Origin: Asterias rubens
Taxonomy: Eukaryota
Assembly (NCBI RefSeq): GCF_902459465.1
Contig: NC_047082.1
Coordinates: forward strand, 5,580,001-5,644,000
Reading direction: 5' to 3'
DNA: 64,000 bases
The translations under genes were made by a program, and so were the position numbers. This document shows positions 48,601-61,679 of the stretch, piece by piece; the first letter of the stretch is position 1; each line of letters opens with the position of its first letter. The notes under the pieces are model-generated. The model saw only the letters and a program-made list of their open reading frames with translations, was not told the DNA's origin and ran no database searches.

Positions 48601-50281
48601 TTGTCAAATTATTAACTGTACAGCAACCATCACCTTAAAACAGCATAAGCTAATATATGCATGAAATGTTTGTAATATATATTCTTGACTGTTCGTTCAT
48701 GTACATATGCTCAGCAAGGCTGATTTTAAGTGTTTTCCCTATACCAATAAATCTAGGGTAAATCAATATACATGTATACCCAGTGCTAACTTTCTTGAGA
48801 CTTATTCGAGAGGAAAAAACACTTAATCACCTTCGTTGTGATTAAACCTTAATACATTTTGGGCTTGGTCGAATTTTTGAGGCCAAAATATTAAAATCCG
48901 CTTCGAGATGTTTACCAAACTGACAAACTCAAGCCAATTTTTCAACAATTGAAACTTAGGGCTGCTGTGCTGTGTTAAAATTGCTTTCGTTCCTGATATC
49001 GAACTGTTTCTTAATGAAAATATTGCTCTAGAGACATTGTAATAATGAATTAAACTAGAGCTCGTAGTGCTCTTGATTACTTGGCTTATGGGTGTGATTA
49101 GTAGAAATACATTGATACAACTGTTAGAGGCAATACCGTATTTGTGTATTTCTTGAAATGGTGTTGATATGTAACATTGTGAAATTATTTTTACTAGGAT
49201 TTATAATACGTATATGTGATACAAATACGATGTTGTTGTGTATTCATCTTGTTAAAATACTATTTATACTATACTATAAATGCATTATTGGTGTTTTTTT
49301 AATGCTTCGATGATCATCGTATAAATTATATCCAATGCTTTGTTGATCTTGTGACCTCACTTGTAAGTAATTCGTAAACAGTATTACAATTGTAACATAT
49401 TTAAGAATACTTATGGTATTATTTTAACTTCAGCAGCTTTTGTAACAGATAACATATTAATATGTAAATATGAATATTTATTATGCATATTTTTTAATAT
49501 ACTAATACAGTACCAGTATATTCTTATCCATTGTGTTATAATGCTTTTTATCCATGTATATTTTTTAATTAAGATTATTACAGTAGATGGGACTAGTCAA
49601 TGACATAAAGCACTGTTTTGTACGAAGCCTTTGATGTCTCGAATACAAGACCTATTGTTCTTTCTTTGTAGGCTTATCATTTTTATTTTGTGTCAACATT
49701 ATTTTGTAACTCTGAGATAAAACCCCATAGCCACAGGTATTTTCTAGTAGGAAATAATATCTCGTCACATAATTTATTTGATTTATTTTTGTTTTGAGGT
49801 TAATAGCTATGTTTTTCTTTGAATTATACTTTAAATGGTTTTATCTTTCCTTGATTGTGTGATGAAGCACTGGTTTGTGTGTTGATTTCGAGATCTTGCA
49901 GCAAAACCTATTGTCACCTTCAAAAGGGTTTACCCTTTCAAGAACAGAACTTGTAATGTCAGTTTTTATCCTTGTAATAAGGTACAGCAAACAACGTTTC
50001 ATTCTGGCTTTTCAAACACTAGATAATCACTTTAAATGGCTAAGATATATAGTCTGGAAGATTGGAAGATTGGCAATTGTATTCAAAGTATGACAATGAC
50101 ATATTTCTGCATGCAATTAAAATGTTACTACTCCAACTTACCTATTAACTGTTATGAATGCGGAAAATCATGCCCATGTGTTGTTTTCCCGCTGGACTCG
50201 ACAAGCATCGTTGGCTTTAATCGTGCACCGATTAATAACCATTCAAACCTAAGTAAGATTTTAAACTTTGCATGGTGGAAA

Positions 50282-50512
50282 TATGATATGGAAAAGTTTG
50301 CGGTAACACCGTGTAATGACTTTCTCTCCTGAGTTGGGGTGGTTGACATTTCGATTAGTAGGCTGTGATCGTCTTCTGGAGATAAGAAGACGATTAGAGC
50401 ATACTGATCGAAACGTCGACGCGTCGAGTTGAAACCAACGGTTCTTTTCAGAACCACCCCAACTCATTTAGAGATAGTCATTACACGATGTTACCGCAAA
50501 CTTTTCCATATC
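50282..50512. repeat. Nested fold-back element (about 60-bp outer arms plus an inner hairpin)
   Basis: ATGATATGGAAAAGTTTGCGGTAACA...GAGTTGGGGTGGTT pairs with AACCACCCCAACTC...TGTTACCGCAAACTTTTCCATATCAT. Inner GATCGAAACGTC resembles Penelope-like termini. Confidence 0.8.
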
Positions 50513-51457
50513 ATTCAAACTTAGTTTTTGAAAATGAGACATTAAATTGAGAGGCAGAATTGTAGTGCCGGTATCCACGGTTTGGGTAATTTCTAGGTAT
50601 TTTGCAATTTTTTTTAAGCTGAAATAATTTGACAAAACTTGCCTTTGGTAACAAAAATTTACTTCATTTCAGAAAATGTTTTTCTTTTTAAAACGATCCT
50701 GTATAACTTGTCTGTTACCAAAAGAGGGTTTAAATTAATATTGATATTTTGTCTATGAGTTAGGACAAACTTTTCATGCAACAATAGTGTAACAGTATTT
50801 ACTTGAATTACGGCCATTCTAGGAAAGGTTAGGACACAGGATAAATAAATGTTTAAAGTGTAGAGTTTTACGTCTTATTTGAATTATAGAGCAGATTACA
50901 TGTAATATTATTTTCTACAAAAATGATTTGAAATTCATTCGTGGAAAGAGGTTGTATTGAAAAAGTTCAAAGTAATACAAGTCTTTACCGACATACCTTT
51001 GTTTTAAATGTGTGCCTCTATGTTGACTTGATTTATGCAACAAAAGCATAATTATTTTATTGATGTCTTCCATATTTAACGCAATTAAGCATTATATAGT
51101 CTTCATTATTTTATTTTTTAATTAACATTGATTTTTTTTTAAAGAGAAGAAAAGAGCAACTTGGATTTTTTTCTTCAAGTATAATTTTAAAGTAGATTTT
51201 CATTATTGCACCGCTAATACAATTTACATCTTTTTTTACACAATTTGTCTCAAGATTATGTCCTTTAAGTAGTCTTAAAGATGATGCTCAGGTTTGTTAA
51301 AACTTTTTCAACTTCAATTGATGATGTAAATCGTTGTGTAACACAAATGTTGTTGGTGCATAAACTTGTACACGTGTGGGTGTTTCAAATGTTTAAGCAA
51401 AAGAAATGAGCCGAATGTAAGAAAATGTTAGCCACAATTATACCAGAGTATACTTCC

Positions 51458-51685
51458 AAAACATGCTTATAAATGTAAGCAAAACATGCTTATAAATGTA
51501 AGCAAAACATGCTTATAAATGTAAGCAAAACATGCTTAGAAATGTAAGCAAAACATGCTTAGAAATGTAAGCAAAACATGCTTATAAATGTAAGCAAAAC
51601 ATGCTTAGAAATGTAAGCAAACATGCTTATAAATGTAAGCAAAACATGCTTATAAATGTAAGCAAAACATGCTTATAAATGTAAG
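51458..51685. repeat. 23-bp minisatellite, about 10 copies
   Basis: Unit AAAACATGCTTATAAATGTAAGC. Confidence 0.95.
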
Positions 51686-52084
51686 TTGGCGATGAGTTTT
51701 CCATATGGCTTTCATTTTTTAAATTTTATGCAACTTTCATGTGTGTGTAAATTTGTGTGGTTAGACAATTTTTATCAATTCCTGCGTTTTGATATGTTTT
51801 ACATTTTCTTCAGGGCAGAATGGAATGCCTCTTTTCTAGATACGTTTACGGGTAAGAGCTTTCAGTTCAGTTGATTATGTCATGTCATGTAAAATAGTTA
51901 TATAATGATTACTGCAAATAAACCATACAAATTGCTGAACGAAATCCAGATGTGTTTGTATATATACTCCCCATGGAGCTTAAATTGTTTAATGAATGAT
52001 ATTAGTCAAATTAACCAGGGGTTACAATGTTGAAGCGCTTTGAGACGCCCTTTACAAAGCGCCAGTGTGTTCAATAACAAGGAC

Positions 52085-52743
52085 CACCGATAGCTAAAGG
52101 CAGTTTCGAGTACTATCTAATAAATTAAGCAGTGGGTACCGCAAACGATTTGACATATACAAAATTGCATCGGGGATGGAATACTTTTGTATTTTCACCC
52201 ATACACCGACATGTGTTAGCACTGATACTCGGTACTTATGCCAGAGCTCTGTGCAAAACAAATCACAGGCATATTATTCTGGTGGGATTCGAACCCACAA
52301 CCTTTGCAATTCTAGAGCTGTGTCATACCAACTAGACTACCGAGATTGCCCGGTAGCTATGGAGGCAGTTCGAATACTATATTTAGCAGCGGGTACCGCA
52401 AATTATTTAACAGACGCAACTTTGCATCGGAGACAGAATAATAATTTTGGTTTTACCCATATTCACCGATGCGTGTATAAGCACTGTGTACTCCGTACTT
52501 TCATGAGCTCTGTAAAAAAATTGTATAATTTTTGGGTGGGATTCGAACCCACGACCTTTGTATTTCCAGAGCGGTGCCTTAACAATAGACCACCGAGATA
52601 CCGAGTTAGTTGGAGGCAGTTCGAATCATATATTGAGCAGCGGGTACTGCAAACAGATGGACATTTGCATCGGGGATAAACAATAATTCATTTTGGTTTT
52701 ACCCATACACCGATGTGTGTTAGCACCATATACTCGGTACTTG
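52085..52743 (-). mobile_element. Head-to-tail array (about 2.6 units of 251-257 bp) of a tRNA-derived element
   Basis: GCAGYGGGTACYGCAAA recurs at 52129, 52386 and 52637. GGTGGGATTCGAACCCAC occurs in the two complete units. Confidence 0.8.
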
Positions 52744-55555
52744 TTAAAGACACCAGACACTATTGGTAATTGTCAAAGACTAGTCTTCCCACTTGGTGTA
52801 TCTCAATATATGAATAAAATAACAAACATGTGGAAATTTGAGCTCAATTGGTCGTTGAAGTTGCGAGATTTAGTAATGAAAGAAAAAACACCCTTGTCAC
52901 ACGAAAGTTGTGTGCTTTCAGATGCTTGATTTCGAGACCTCAAATTCCAATTCGGATGTCTCGAAATCAAAATGCGTGGGAAATTACTTCTTTCTCGAAA
53001 ACTATGTCATTTCAGAGAGAGTCGTTTTTTCACAATGTTTTATACTTTCAACCTCTCCCAATTACTCGTTACCAAGTAAGGTTTTATGCTAATAATTACT
53101 TCTTATTTTTCTTACTCCCCTGTCCTTTTTAGGGGCTTCGGTTTTATGTCCTTCACAAAAATGATTTAAACTGAACACTACACCGTCAATATAACTAAAG
53201 TGGCATTATGTGTTGACGTCATAAATATAACTTAATTATAATTTAAGAAAAAACTCCTTACAAATCAGGGGAGGGAATTGTCACGCACGAAACGTGGCGA
53301 TCATAAAGACACCAAGCGGATTCGATCATCAGCGATGTGTAACAACTGACAAACCCACAATGACAAACAAGTACTTGGTGGGCTGGCGCGCTACCCCTCC
53401 CACAATCTCCCACAAGCTCATGGCTATACCGGCAAGAGGAGGAGTCAATGCCCCGGAGTTCGTCTCTTATATAGCCCAACCAGACACGACACCGGCTGTA
53501 CGTGATGTGCCATGTAAGGCCTACGTTCCGCTAGCCCCGGGCCTGTGCCATTTAACACGCTTCCGTTTCACGGACTCTCTTAATGCGAATCTTAAGTTTG
53601 ATTTTTCGTCAAAAATTACAACTTTTATCGATAGTTTGTTTTGTTTTGCCAAACACTTAACAACTTGTAGACAAATTAAAAAAATGTTTTTTTAGTAATT
53701 TACTTTCATACGGCTGGAGGTAAGACTAACTCGAAAGATCACGTGATTTATCGAAACCATTAATTTTGGTTCGGATACGTCACTTGACCTTCGTGTTTTG
53801 GGGGTTTTTTTATGCGCGAAAATTGCCAAATTTGATGGGTTCTCCATTCATGTAAAATCATTTGGAGTAATATTTTAGTCTATTACTGTGCAGCCCAAAT
53901 ATCCCAAACGAAGCTGGTATTCTCTTTAACGCCATAGAGGCGCTGATGTTTGACCAATGTTGAGTCAACTACGCTCTCCATGCCGCTTTTAACAAAAAAT
54001 AAACGTGCCCAACCCATGATAACGTAGACTTGATTCAAGTCCCATTCTCGTGTGAGAGGTCCCTAAGCTAATACCTCAACTAACTATGAATTATACTCTG
54101 TGACATCACAGTAGAAGAAGTTGTAAACTCATTAGCAGGCAAGGGGTTGTCGGTGTCATAAGTCGTTTTATTGCACTTCCCAAAATTCAAATTTTGCAAA
54201 CAAAACCGACCCCAATACAACGTTTTACTTAAATTCAAGTGAACATTTAGTGCTTTCTTTTTTATAATTAATTGGTTATTAAAAAATGTATTTTAATCAT
54301 CAACTATTAACCCACAAGTGACAAATGAACTAGTCTTCTTTTTGGGTGCGTTTGATTGGTCAACACGTATCACGTAACAATGTTACATATTCACTAGTGA
54401 ATACATTTACATACCAGGCGACTGCGACATCGTCAAGTCCCTGTCCCGCATGCGGAACAGGTTTTGGAATGCAGAGCTTCACAAAACAGTAGTTTCCTGG
54501 GGATGGCACGGGATTGGGACTTGAGTCAAGTCTAATGATAACGCCGTCCATGCAAAATCCAACAAAATACAATGTACAAAGGTATGGTCATCGTTTGGCT
54601 TGTGAAGCTGATATAAAAAATAAGCAAAGTTATTACGTCGGAAGACACTATAGAAGTCACCTATGAAAGTTTCAACTGAATACAGTATCATCTCATAACA
54701 AATTGTTGTAATAGCCCAACATCGCCCAATCCAAGGCAACGTGTATTCGCTATGCGTAATGCGCGTGCGCATTAAGTATGGCCAACAAAGTAACTCATAC
54801 GAGGCCCCGTGTAGAGCATTTAGAGGGGTCCATATCAACAAAGTCTCAACTATTTATACTGACAACAAAATTAATAACATTGGTGTCTCGAATACCTCAC
54901 AACAACCAAGCTAACCATTAATGTTGTCCTTTTTTGGCTATCTAAAGCTATGCTTTTGTCATTGTTGCTTGAATGAAATAAATAAATACACACAAGAACT
55001 GAAACTGAAAGGGAAACCTTAATGGCTGAATTTGCTTCAGCTGCTTGATTTTGTGAACCTTAAAATCCAATTGGAGCTGTAAACCATAACTACTCGTTTT
55101 TATATCGGGTTGAAAGTTTAACTTGTTTAAGATGATAAACGGCAGATTTGTTATGTTAAATTTAATAAACGAATAAAGTTTTTAACATCATCGACTCCGC
55201 AATAAAATAATTATGTAGTAATAAATGAAATCAGCCAAAACATTAAATGTACTATTGTTTCTTTACTAAATCTGTGGATATGGGCAACCTTTAGAGAAGA
55301 TGTTTCTTACATGTACTAGTAAGTAGGAAGTCCCCCTAACGCAAATGATGATGAATAAGCAGGACGCGCAAATGTAAGACCGACAAATTAATCATATGGG
55401 GGCTGCTGGGTAATCGTGTCTTCCTGCCCAGTCCCTGGCTATATCAATCATGTGATAGGTCTTTGCATTACACCGTCGTGAGTGACCTACTGGCTTATAG
55501 ACATTAACCTTACTGACTTCCCCTTCTTTTGTTGTATCACCCCAGCGAGCCTAAC

Positions 55556-55848
55556 ATGGAATTTGTCAGAATCACCGTTTTTGGTGCTTTTCTAGTAATT
55601 CTCTTTAGTTCAACACAGTCACTTACTTTTACAAGCAAAGACTCATCGTTTGTGCAATTTTCCCCCAATTGGTTGCCTTCTTCACCGCAAGGTATTTCCT
55701 TCAAATTCAAGACTTTAGATGCCGATGCACTGCTGTTTCTCCACTACTTTGCCAACAAAACGCAAGATGAGCCATCCTATCTGTTTTGGCTTGAACTCAA
55801 ACAAGGGAAACTACTTGCAAGTCATCTGCTGGATGAAAACGTAGAGAC
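55556..55848 (+). CDS. First coding exon of a secreted laminin-G-domain protein
   Basis: Acceptor CAG at 55543-55545, ATG at 55556, signal-peptide-like MEFVRITVFGAFLVILFSSTQS, then the LamG-like pattern ISFKFKTLDADALLF...YLFWLELKQGKL. Donor AC|GTAAGT at 55848. No downstream exon was identified in the window. Confidence 0.7.
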
Positions 55849-57667
55849 GTAAGTGATTACAATTTGCATTATTTAGTTAAGAAAGGTTTTATGATAATGA
55901 GTAATTACCAATAGTGTCCACTGCCTTTAAGTTTAGGTCTGCACCCGATAACTTTAAAATGCAAAACTAACTACTTTGCATTAGCCTTGGTAGTTTTTGT
56001 TTTGTTTTATTCCCCTGGTTATGCTACTGTCAGGACCATTTCAAATGAGAATTTTAACAAAATATTCAAAGGAAATAAAGTCTTACAATCATAAGGGGTC
56101 AATACAATTTAAAAAGAATTTCACGTAACTCTAGAATGTTTCAACCAGCCCCGCCCTGTATATCTACATTAATCACTGACCGACCTCGGGCAACCATCTT
56201 TTGAGCAAAATTTGTTTGGCCTTCACTTGGAGATAAGTTTCCCTCAAAGTATCTGCCTGTAAATAGGCAGCTATACGAATCAGCAGAAAGCACATAACAT
56301 TGAACTTAAATTTGAATACAAAAATTTGGCAAAGTTTGCTTTTTGATAGTTAAATGCTGATTCATAAATACCTAGACAATTTATCCATTCTAATCGGTGG
56401 AGAGGGCATCACGTGGGGGTGTTTGAACGGCTGATATAACGCCAGTAAAAAGTGTTAAAACATAGGCGTGACACGCGAGCTTGCACCTGTGCTTATAAGA
56501 CAGTTTCTTCATTCCTATTGGTCGAGAGCAACGGCCGGAACAGTTGTGCCACATCACGCGATACAAGCGACGCGCACAGCATTCCCGAGGGCCTTACCAT
56601 TTCATAGCTGGAGGGGTGTTATGTTGAAAGAAATCATTGAACAATATTATTATAATTTTTGCATTTATTTTACTTTTTGACCAAAAAGTGTTGATGTTTT
56701 TTGACCGAAAAGGTATTTATGAGTGGGAATCAAAGTGTGTTGAATCGGTTTTTAACTAGTGGTTTAAACCCGCCGAAGCCTGGTTCTTGATAATTTACCT
56801 CGACGTCGTCTCGGTAAAACTATCAAGAACCAGGCCTCGTTGGGATTAAACCACGAGTTGAAAACCTCTTCACCACACATTGATTCCCTTATTCAAAGTA
56901 GCATTCGTTTTCAAACTAAATTGAATGAGCGGGGAGTTAAAGTGAATGGATTATTGATGAAATTGGCCGGGAAAATCTATAATATTATCACAAAATATTG
57001 GCAAAGATGTTACCAGATTTTCCCGGCAAATTGCAAAAAAAAATACCTGTGCGTTCATAAAGCTTGCAACACACGCACTAAATGTCGGCTTGGTTCGAAC
57101 AATTCTGTTTTTGTTGTTGTTTTTAGTCAATATTGGTTCAGTCGTTCTATTTCACTCGTTGAAACACTTGTGTAAGCATTTTTCACCATTGTTATTGCGA
57201 CACAATTCTCAGGTTATTTCAAAGTGAGACTGGGTGCATGGCAATGCTTTCTAGCAAACAAGCCACGATCCATAACCCCTAGAAGCGTGACTTTGAAATA
57301 TCCAAATACATACCCCTTTGCACAATGTGCTGATTGGATATTTAAATTTCAATGAAAAGCGTACGAAACCGTTTATGAAATGAATTGTCATGATTGGAAA
57401 AGTAGAGTATGATAATCCACACAAACAATATGCCTCGAAATTGCACGGTTTTCCTTTTACGTCGTGAGCTAATACGGCCCGCCATGAGTCACAACTTTAA
57501 CTCACAAAATGGCCGACCATGTCAGTTCGAAACGTGTCCTCCTAGCAACCAAAAGACTAATTAAAATTCTGTTATTTGGATTTTCAGAGTCACACTATTC
57601 GGGGGGGGGGGAGGTCGAGCAAAACTATGCGCGGCAATATCGTACACCACTTTTTTCGACAGTATGG

Positions 57668-57900
57668 AGGTTTAGCTGCACGTTCCGCGTGAACGAACGT
57701 GAACGTCAGAAAATTGTGTCACGTTATATCACGTTTTTAGCGTACTTGCAGTACAATTTTCCACGTCGGTTACGTACACACCGCATACGTCACCCGTGAG
57801 CATGCAATAAGCCCAAATTGGCGACGTCACCCAGAAACAACGCCATTTTTGACTTTCACGTTCACGTATACTTCGGTCGCGTAACGTGCAGCTAAACCTC
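57668..57900. mobile_element. MITE with an 18-bp TIR
   Basis: GAGGTTTAGCTGCACGTT / AACGTGCAGCTAAACCTC. No clear target duplication. Confidence 0.7.
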
Positions 57901-57904
57901 GCTA

Positions 57905-58277
57905 TTAAAGGAACACGTTGCCTTGGATCGGTCGAGTTGGTCTTTGAAACCGTTTGTTATAAAATGCATATGGGTAGAAAGTTGCAAAAGTAGAATACAA
58001 TGATCCACACAACATGCCTCGAAATTGCACGGTTTGCTTTTTACCTCGTCGACTAACACGGTCGGCCATTTATGGGAGTCAAATGTTCGATTCCCATAAA
58101 TGGCCGACCGTGTTAGTTCGCAAAGTCAAAGGAAAACCACGCATGTTCGAGGCAAATTTGTGTGGATCATTGTATTCTACTTTTAAAACATCTTTCCATC
58201 CATGCATTTTATAACAAACGGTTACAAACGCTTTTTATAGACCAACTCGTCCGATCCAAGGCAACGTGTTCCTTTAA
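57905..58277. mobile_element. TTAA-flanked MITE family B, second copy
   Basis: Same TIRs as 6411-6769, with TTAA on both sides. Confidence 0.85.
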
Positions 58278-59122
58278 CACATTGGGTTCTTTCGATTAGC
58301 TTCACCGGGTCAACTCCGTTGCATGGTTGTCTGTACTCATCCGAGTGAGCCCCTAACTGAGTTAATCGAACGCAAACTTCCCATATAGTATTAAAACCAA
58401 TGCATCTTGGGACAGCCGACTGGTTATAATGTACAAAATTACGTTCGAAACTTTTCGTGCATTCCCGAAAAATCGTAAAATAATTATTTTGAATACAAAA
58501 CTGCCACCTTAAATAGTAGTGTCATGCGATACAACACAGTGCCGTATGGATGGTTACCGATTTTGTTTTTGTCACGTATTGGTCCCTTAAAAGCTCCGTA
58601 CATCTGATATAAGTAAATACCATTTTATTTCATAACTAAGGGTGGTAGCAGGATACGAACACTCCCAAAATTAACTTTTAATCAAACAGAATTAGAAACT
58701 CCGTTTGCCAATGTCAGAATTTGTGCAACCATGACATAGGTTAAACGATAACATCTGGCACCAGTCGGGCAAAATGTTTACGTCATCGGAAACGGAGCTC
58801 AAAGCGTGTGGGGTTTTCTTTGTTGAGTCTACTTTCTCAAATTTAATATAATTTGTATAGCCGTATTTCATAATTTAGCCGTATAAACTAATTTTGCAGA
58901 AACAGAATCGAATTTTCATGAATTTTTAATTTAATTTTCATGATGTATGCCTACTACGCCATGAACTGTTTATGGTTACAGATCCGTTTTCGCGTATAAG
59001 CTCTCGGAAATTGTTTCGGTCATGAACTTTACATCATAAACTTGTTTCCGGTCATAGTCGCCAAAACGCACCCCAAAAGGGACGTTCGTCAACGGTGGCG
59101 GCGCACAGCTCGTTTGACTTGG

Positions 59123-59278
59123 AATAGACCTTTTCGCAAATACCGGGGCGCGCGCGTAAAGCTTGGAATAAGGTGCATTGTGGTCCAGCTGGTATCCAAA
59201 TTTGATCCATATCTATCCAACAATGCACCTCATTCAACAGTCTGCGCTTGCGCGTTGGTATTTGCGATAAGGTCTATT
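59123..59278. mobile_element. Small MITE
   Basis: TIR AATAGACCTTTTCGCAAATACC / GGTATTTGCGATAAGGTCTATT with one mismatch. Confidence 0.65.
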
Positions 59279-61679
59279 GTTGGCGAGTGTGTTTCGCCCC
59301 AGGAACTACAGCCATATCCCAAGCGACTGGAAGGGGAGTGCCACGCAAACCTCCATTCACACTCACACACCGACCAAAAAGCACAGCAAAGTTTCGTTTA
59401 AAACTTAATGCACATCATCATTGATGATGATTTTCTTGATTGCGTGTTTGTTTTGTCTTTTTACCTTTTTGTGCGTGTGTGTTTGGTTTTTTGTTTGTGT
59501 TTTTTGTTTGTGTTTGTGTTTTTTGTTTGTGTTTGATAGATGTTTGTGTTTTTTGTTTGTGTTTGATTTTCTTGATTGATTGATGATTTTCTTGTTTGCG
59601 TGTTTGTTTTGTCTTTNNNNNNNNNNNNNNNNNNNNNNNNNNNNNNNNNNNNNNNNNNNNNNNNNNNNNNNNNNNNNNNNNNNNNNNNNNNNNNNNNNNN
59701 NNNNNNNNNNNNNNNNNNNNNNNNNNNNNNNNNNNNNNNNNNNNNNNNNNNNNNNNNNNNNNNNNNNNNNNNNNNNNNNNNNNNNNNNNNNNNNNNNNNN
59801 NNNNNNNNNNNNNNNNNNNNNNNNNNNNNNNNNNNNNNNNNNNNNNNNNNNNNNNNNNNNNNNNNNNNNNNNNNNNNNNNNNNNNNNNNNNNNNNNNNNN
59901 NNNNNNNNNNNNNNNNNNNNNNNNNNNNNNNNNNNNNNNNNNNNNNNNNNNNNNNNNNNNNNNNNNNNNNNNNNNNNNNNNNNNNNNNNNNNNNNNNNNN
60001 NNNNNNNNNNNNNNNNNNNNNNNNNNNNNNNNNNNNNNNNNNNNNNNNNNNNNNNNNNNNNNNNNNNNNNNNNNNNNNNNNNNNNNNNNNNNNNNNNNNN
60101 NNNNNNNNNNNNNNNNNNNNNNNNNNNNNNNNNNNNNNNNNNNNNNNNNNNNNNNNGGTGTCTGTTGGCGGGGGGGGGGTATTTTTGTCGGGCTGCTGTT
60201 GGGTTTGTTAGTTAAGTGTGCTTGTTAAATATTTATTGTTTTTGTTTTATCTAATTTTAGTTCTCATGACGTCTCTTTTGACTTTGCTCTTAATTTTTCA
60301 ATTTTGCTTGTGTATAAATTTTCTCTCTGCTTTTTAAAATGTTTATATTCGTGTAATAATGTAAATCTGTATTTTAATTCAGTCTCTGGACTGCGACAAG
60401 CAGATGTTTTTACAATAAACCAGTAATAATAATTATAACATAACAGTGTAGACGGCCCTCATTGATCAAAAGCTGTCATAACGTGCTGCAGCTTTATATA
60501 TCCTCATAGTTATACAGATTCCTCTAATCTGATTGGTTGAAAATAAAATAGATGCGCCCCCTTTTCTATCAAGATGACGTCACAATTAGTTAATCGACTG
60601 TGCATGGTCGGGTCGCAAAAGGGTTGGTCGTGTGGTAGTGCCTAGGATAGGCCTAAGATTATTATAATATGCACAGTGTCCGTTGCGCGTTTCACGGTGA
60701 CATTTATTCGCAGACGACACCGTATAGTCGGTGTTGTTGATAGAAGAATCTTTATTCGGTAATAAAAGAAATATTGACCGCTTATGATAAGGGGCACAGT
60801 TGAAATTATAGGCCCTCGGTGATGTAAAAACCATGGCTATGCCCTAGTCAGCTTTCGCTTTGGGCATAGGCATGGTTTTGACATCACCTTACATATAACT
60901 ATACTATGCCACTATAAATAGGTCTATATTATTTCTATACTATGAACATGATGAAGAAGAAAGACACGATCAACCTCGGCATGCTTGACGTCGTTATCAT
61001 CGCCCCATCAGTATCCAATTAGAATCTATTTACAAAAACTCTGGTATACTATTGACAATCAGTAATATAAATCTTCATGCATGGTTATACTCCTATAGGC
61101 AACATTATTAACATTGAGGTTTTTTCCCCATTAGTTGCAGAGCATTTCATTATAGAAGAAAATCTCGTTCATTTTGTTATTCGTGGATTGTGTGGTTTAA
61201 AGACACGCCTGTAGTAAATTGCAAAGATCAGTCTTCTCACTTGGTGTATCTCAACGTATGCACCAAATAGCAAACCTGTGAAAATTTGAACTCAATTTTT
61301 CGTCGGGGTGGGGGGGGGGGGGGGGGGGGGGAGTTGTACTTGTAGTGTGTATGAGTGTTTTCACCCATTGGTTTTTCCCACCTAATGGTAGAGTAACTGC
61401 ACAGTACACTGGCTAAGATTATTTGTGGAAAAAACACTGTTTTACGTCAACTGTCAAGAAACGGCAGAGAATCGAGAATGTTTAGTCGTGAATTTGATTT
61501 GAAAGAGTGTTTGATACACTTTTTGGTTAGGAATTATTTTGATGGCCCCAACATTATGATGTCTTGTAGAAATGCCTAAAATACCACAACTATTGCATTT
61601 GAAAGGGCAACTATAACCAGTGGAGCCTTACGTTTTTCTAAGTTTCGATACAACAGGTGGAATCTATAGGGACCGTTTA

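Noticed and set aside
53294-53695. 133-aa ORF in a locally GC-richer segment
   Set aside because: No recognisable motif or splice context. It may be repeat-derived or regulatory sequence upstream of the LamG gene.
59576-60228. ORFs spanning the N gap (also 34110-34553)
   Set aside because: They are open only because of Ns, and the flanks are low-complexity.
60420-61660. 5' LTR and primer-binding site of the Gypsy element
   Set aside because: No TG...CA boundary or tRNA-complementary PBS could be pinned down, and the partner LTR would be outside the window.
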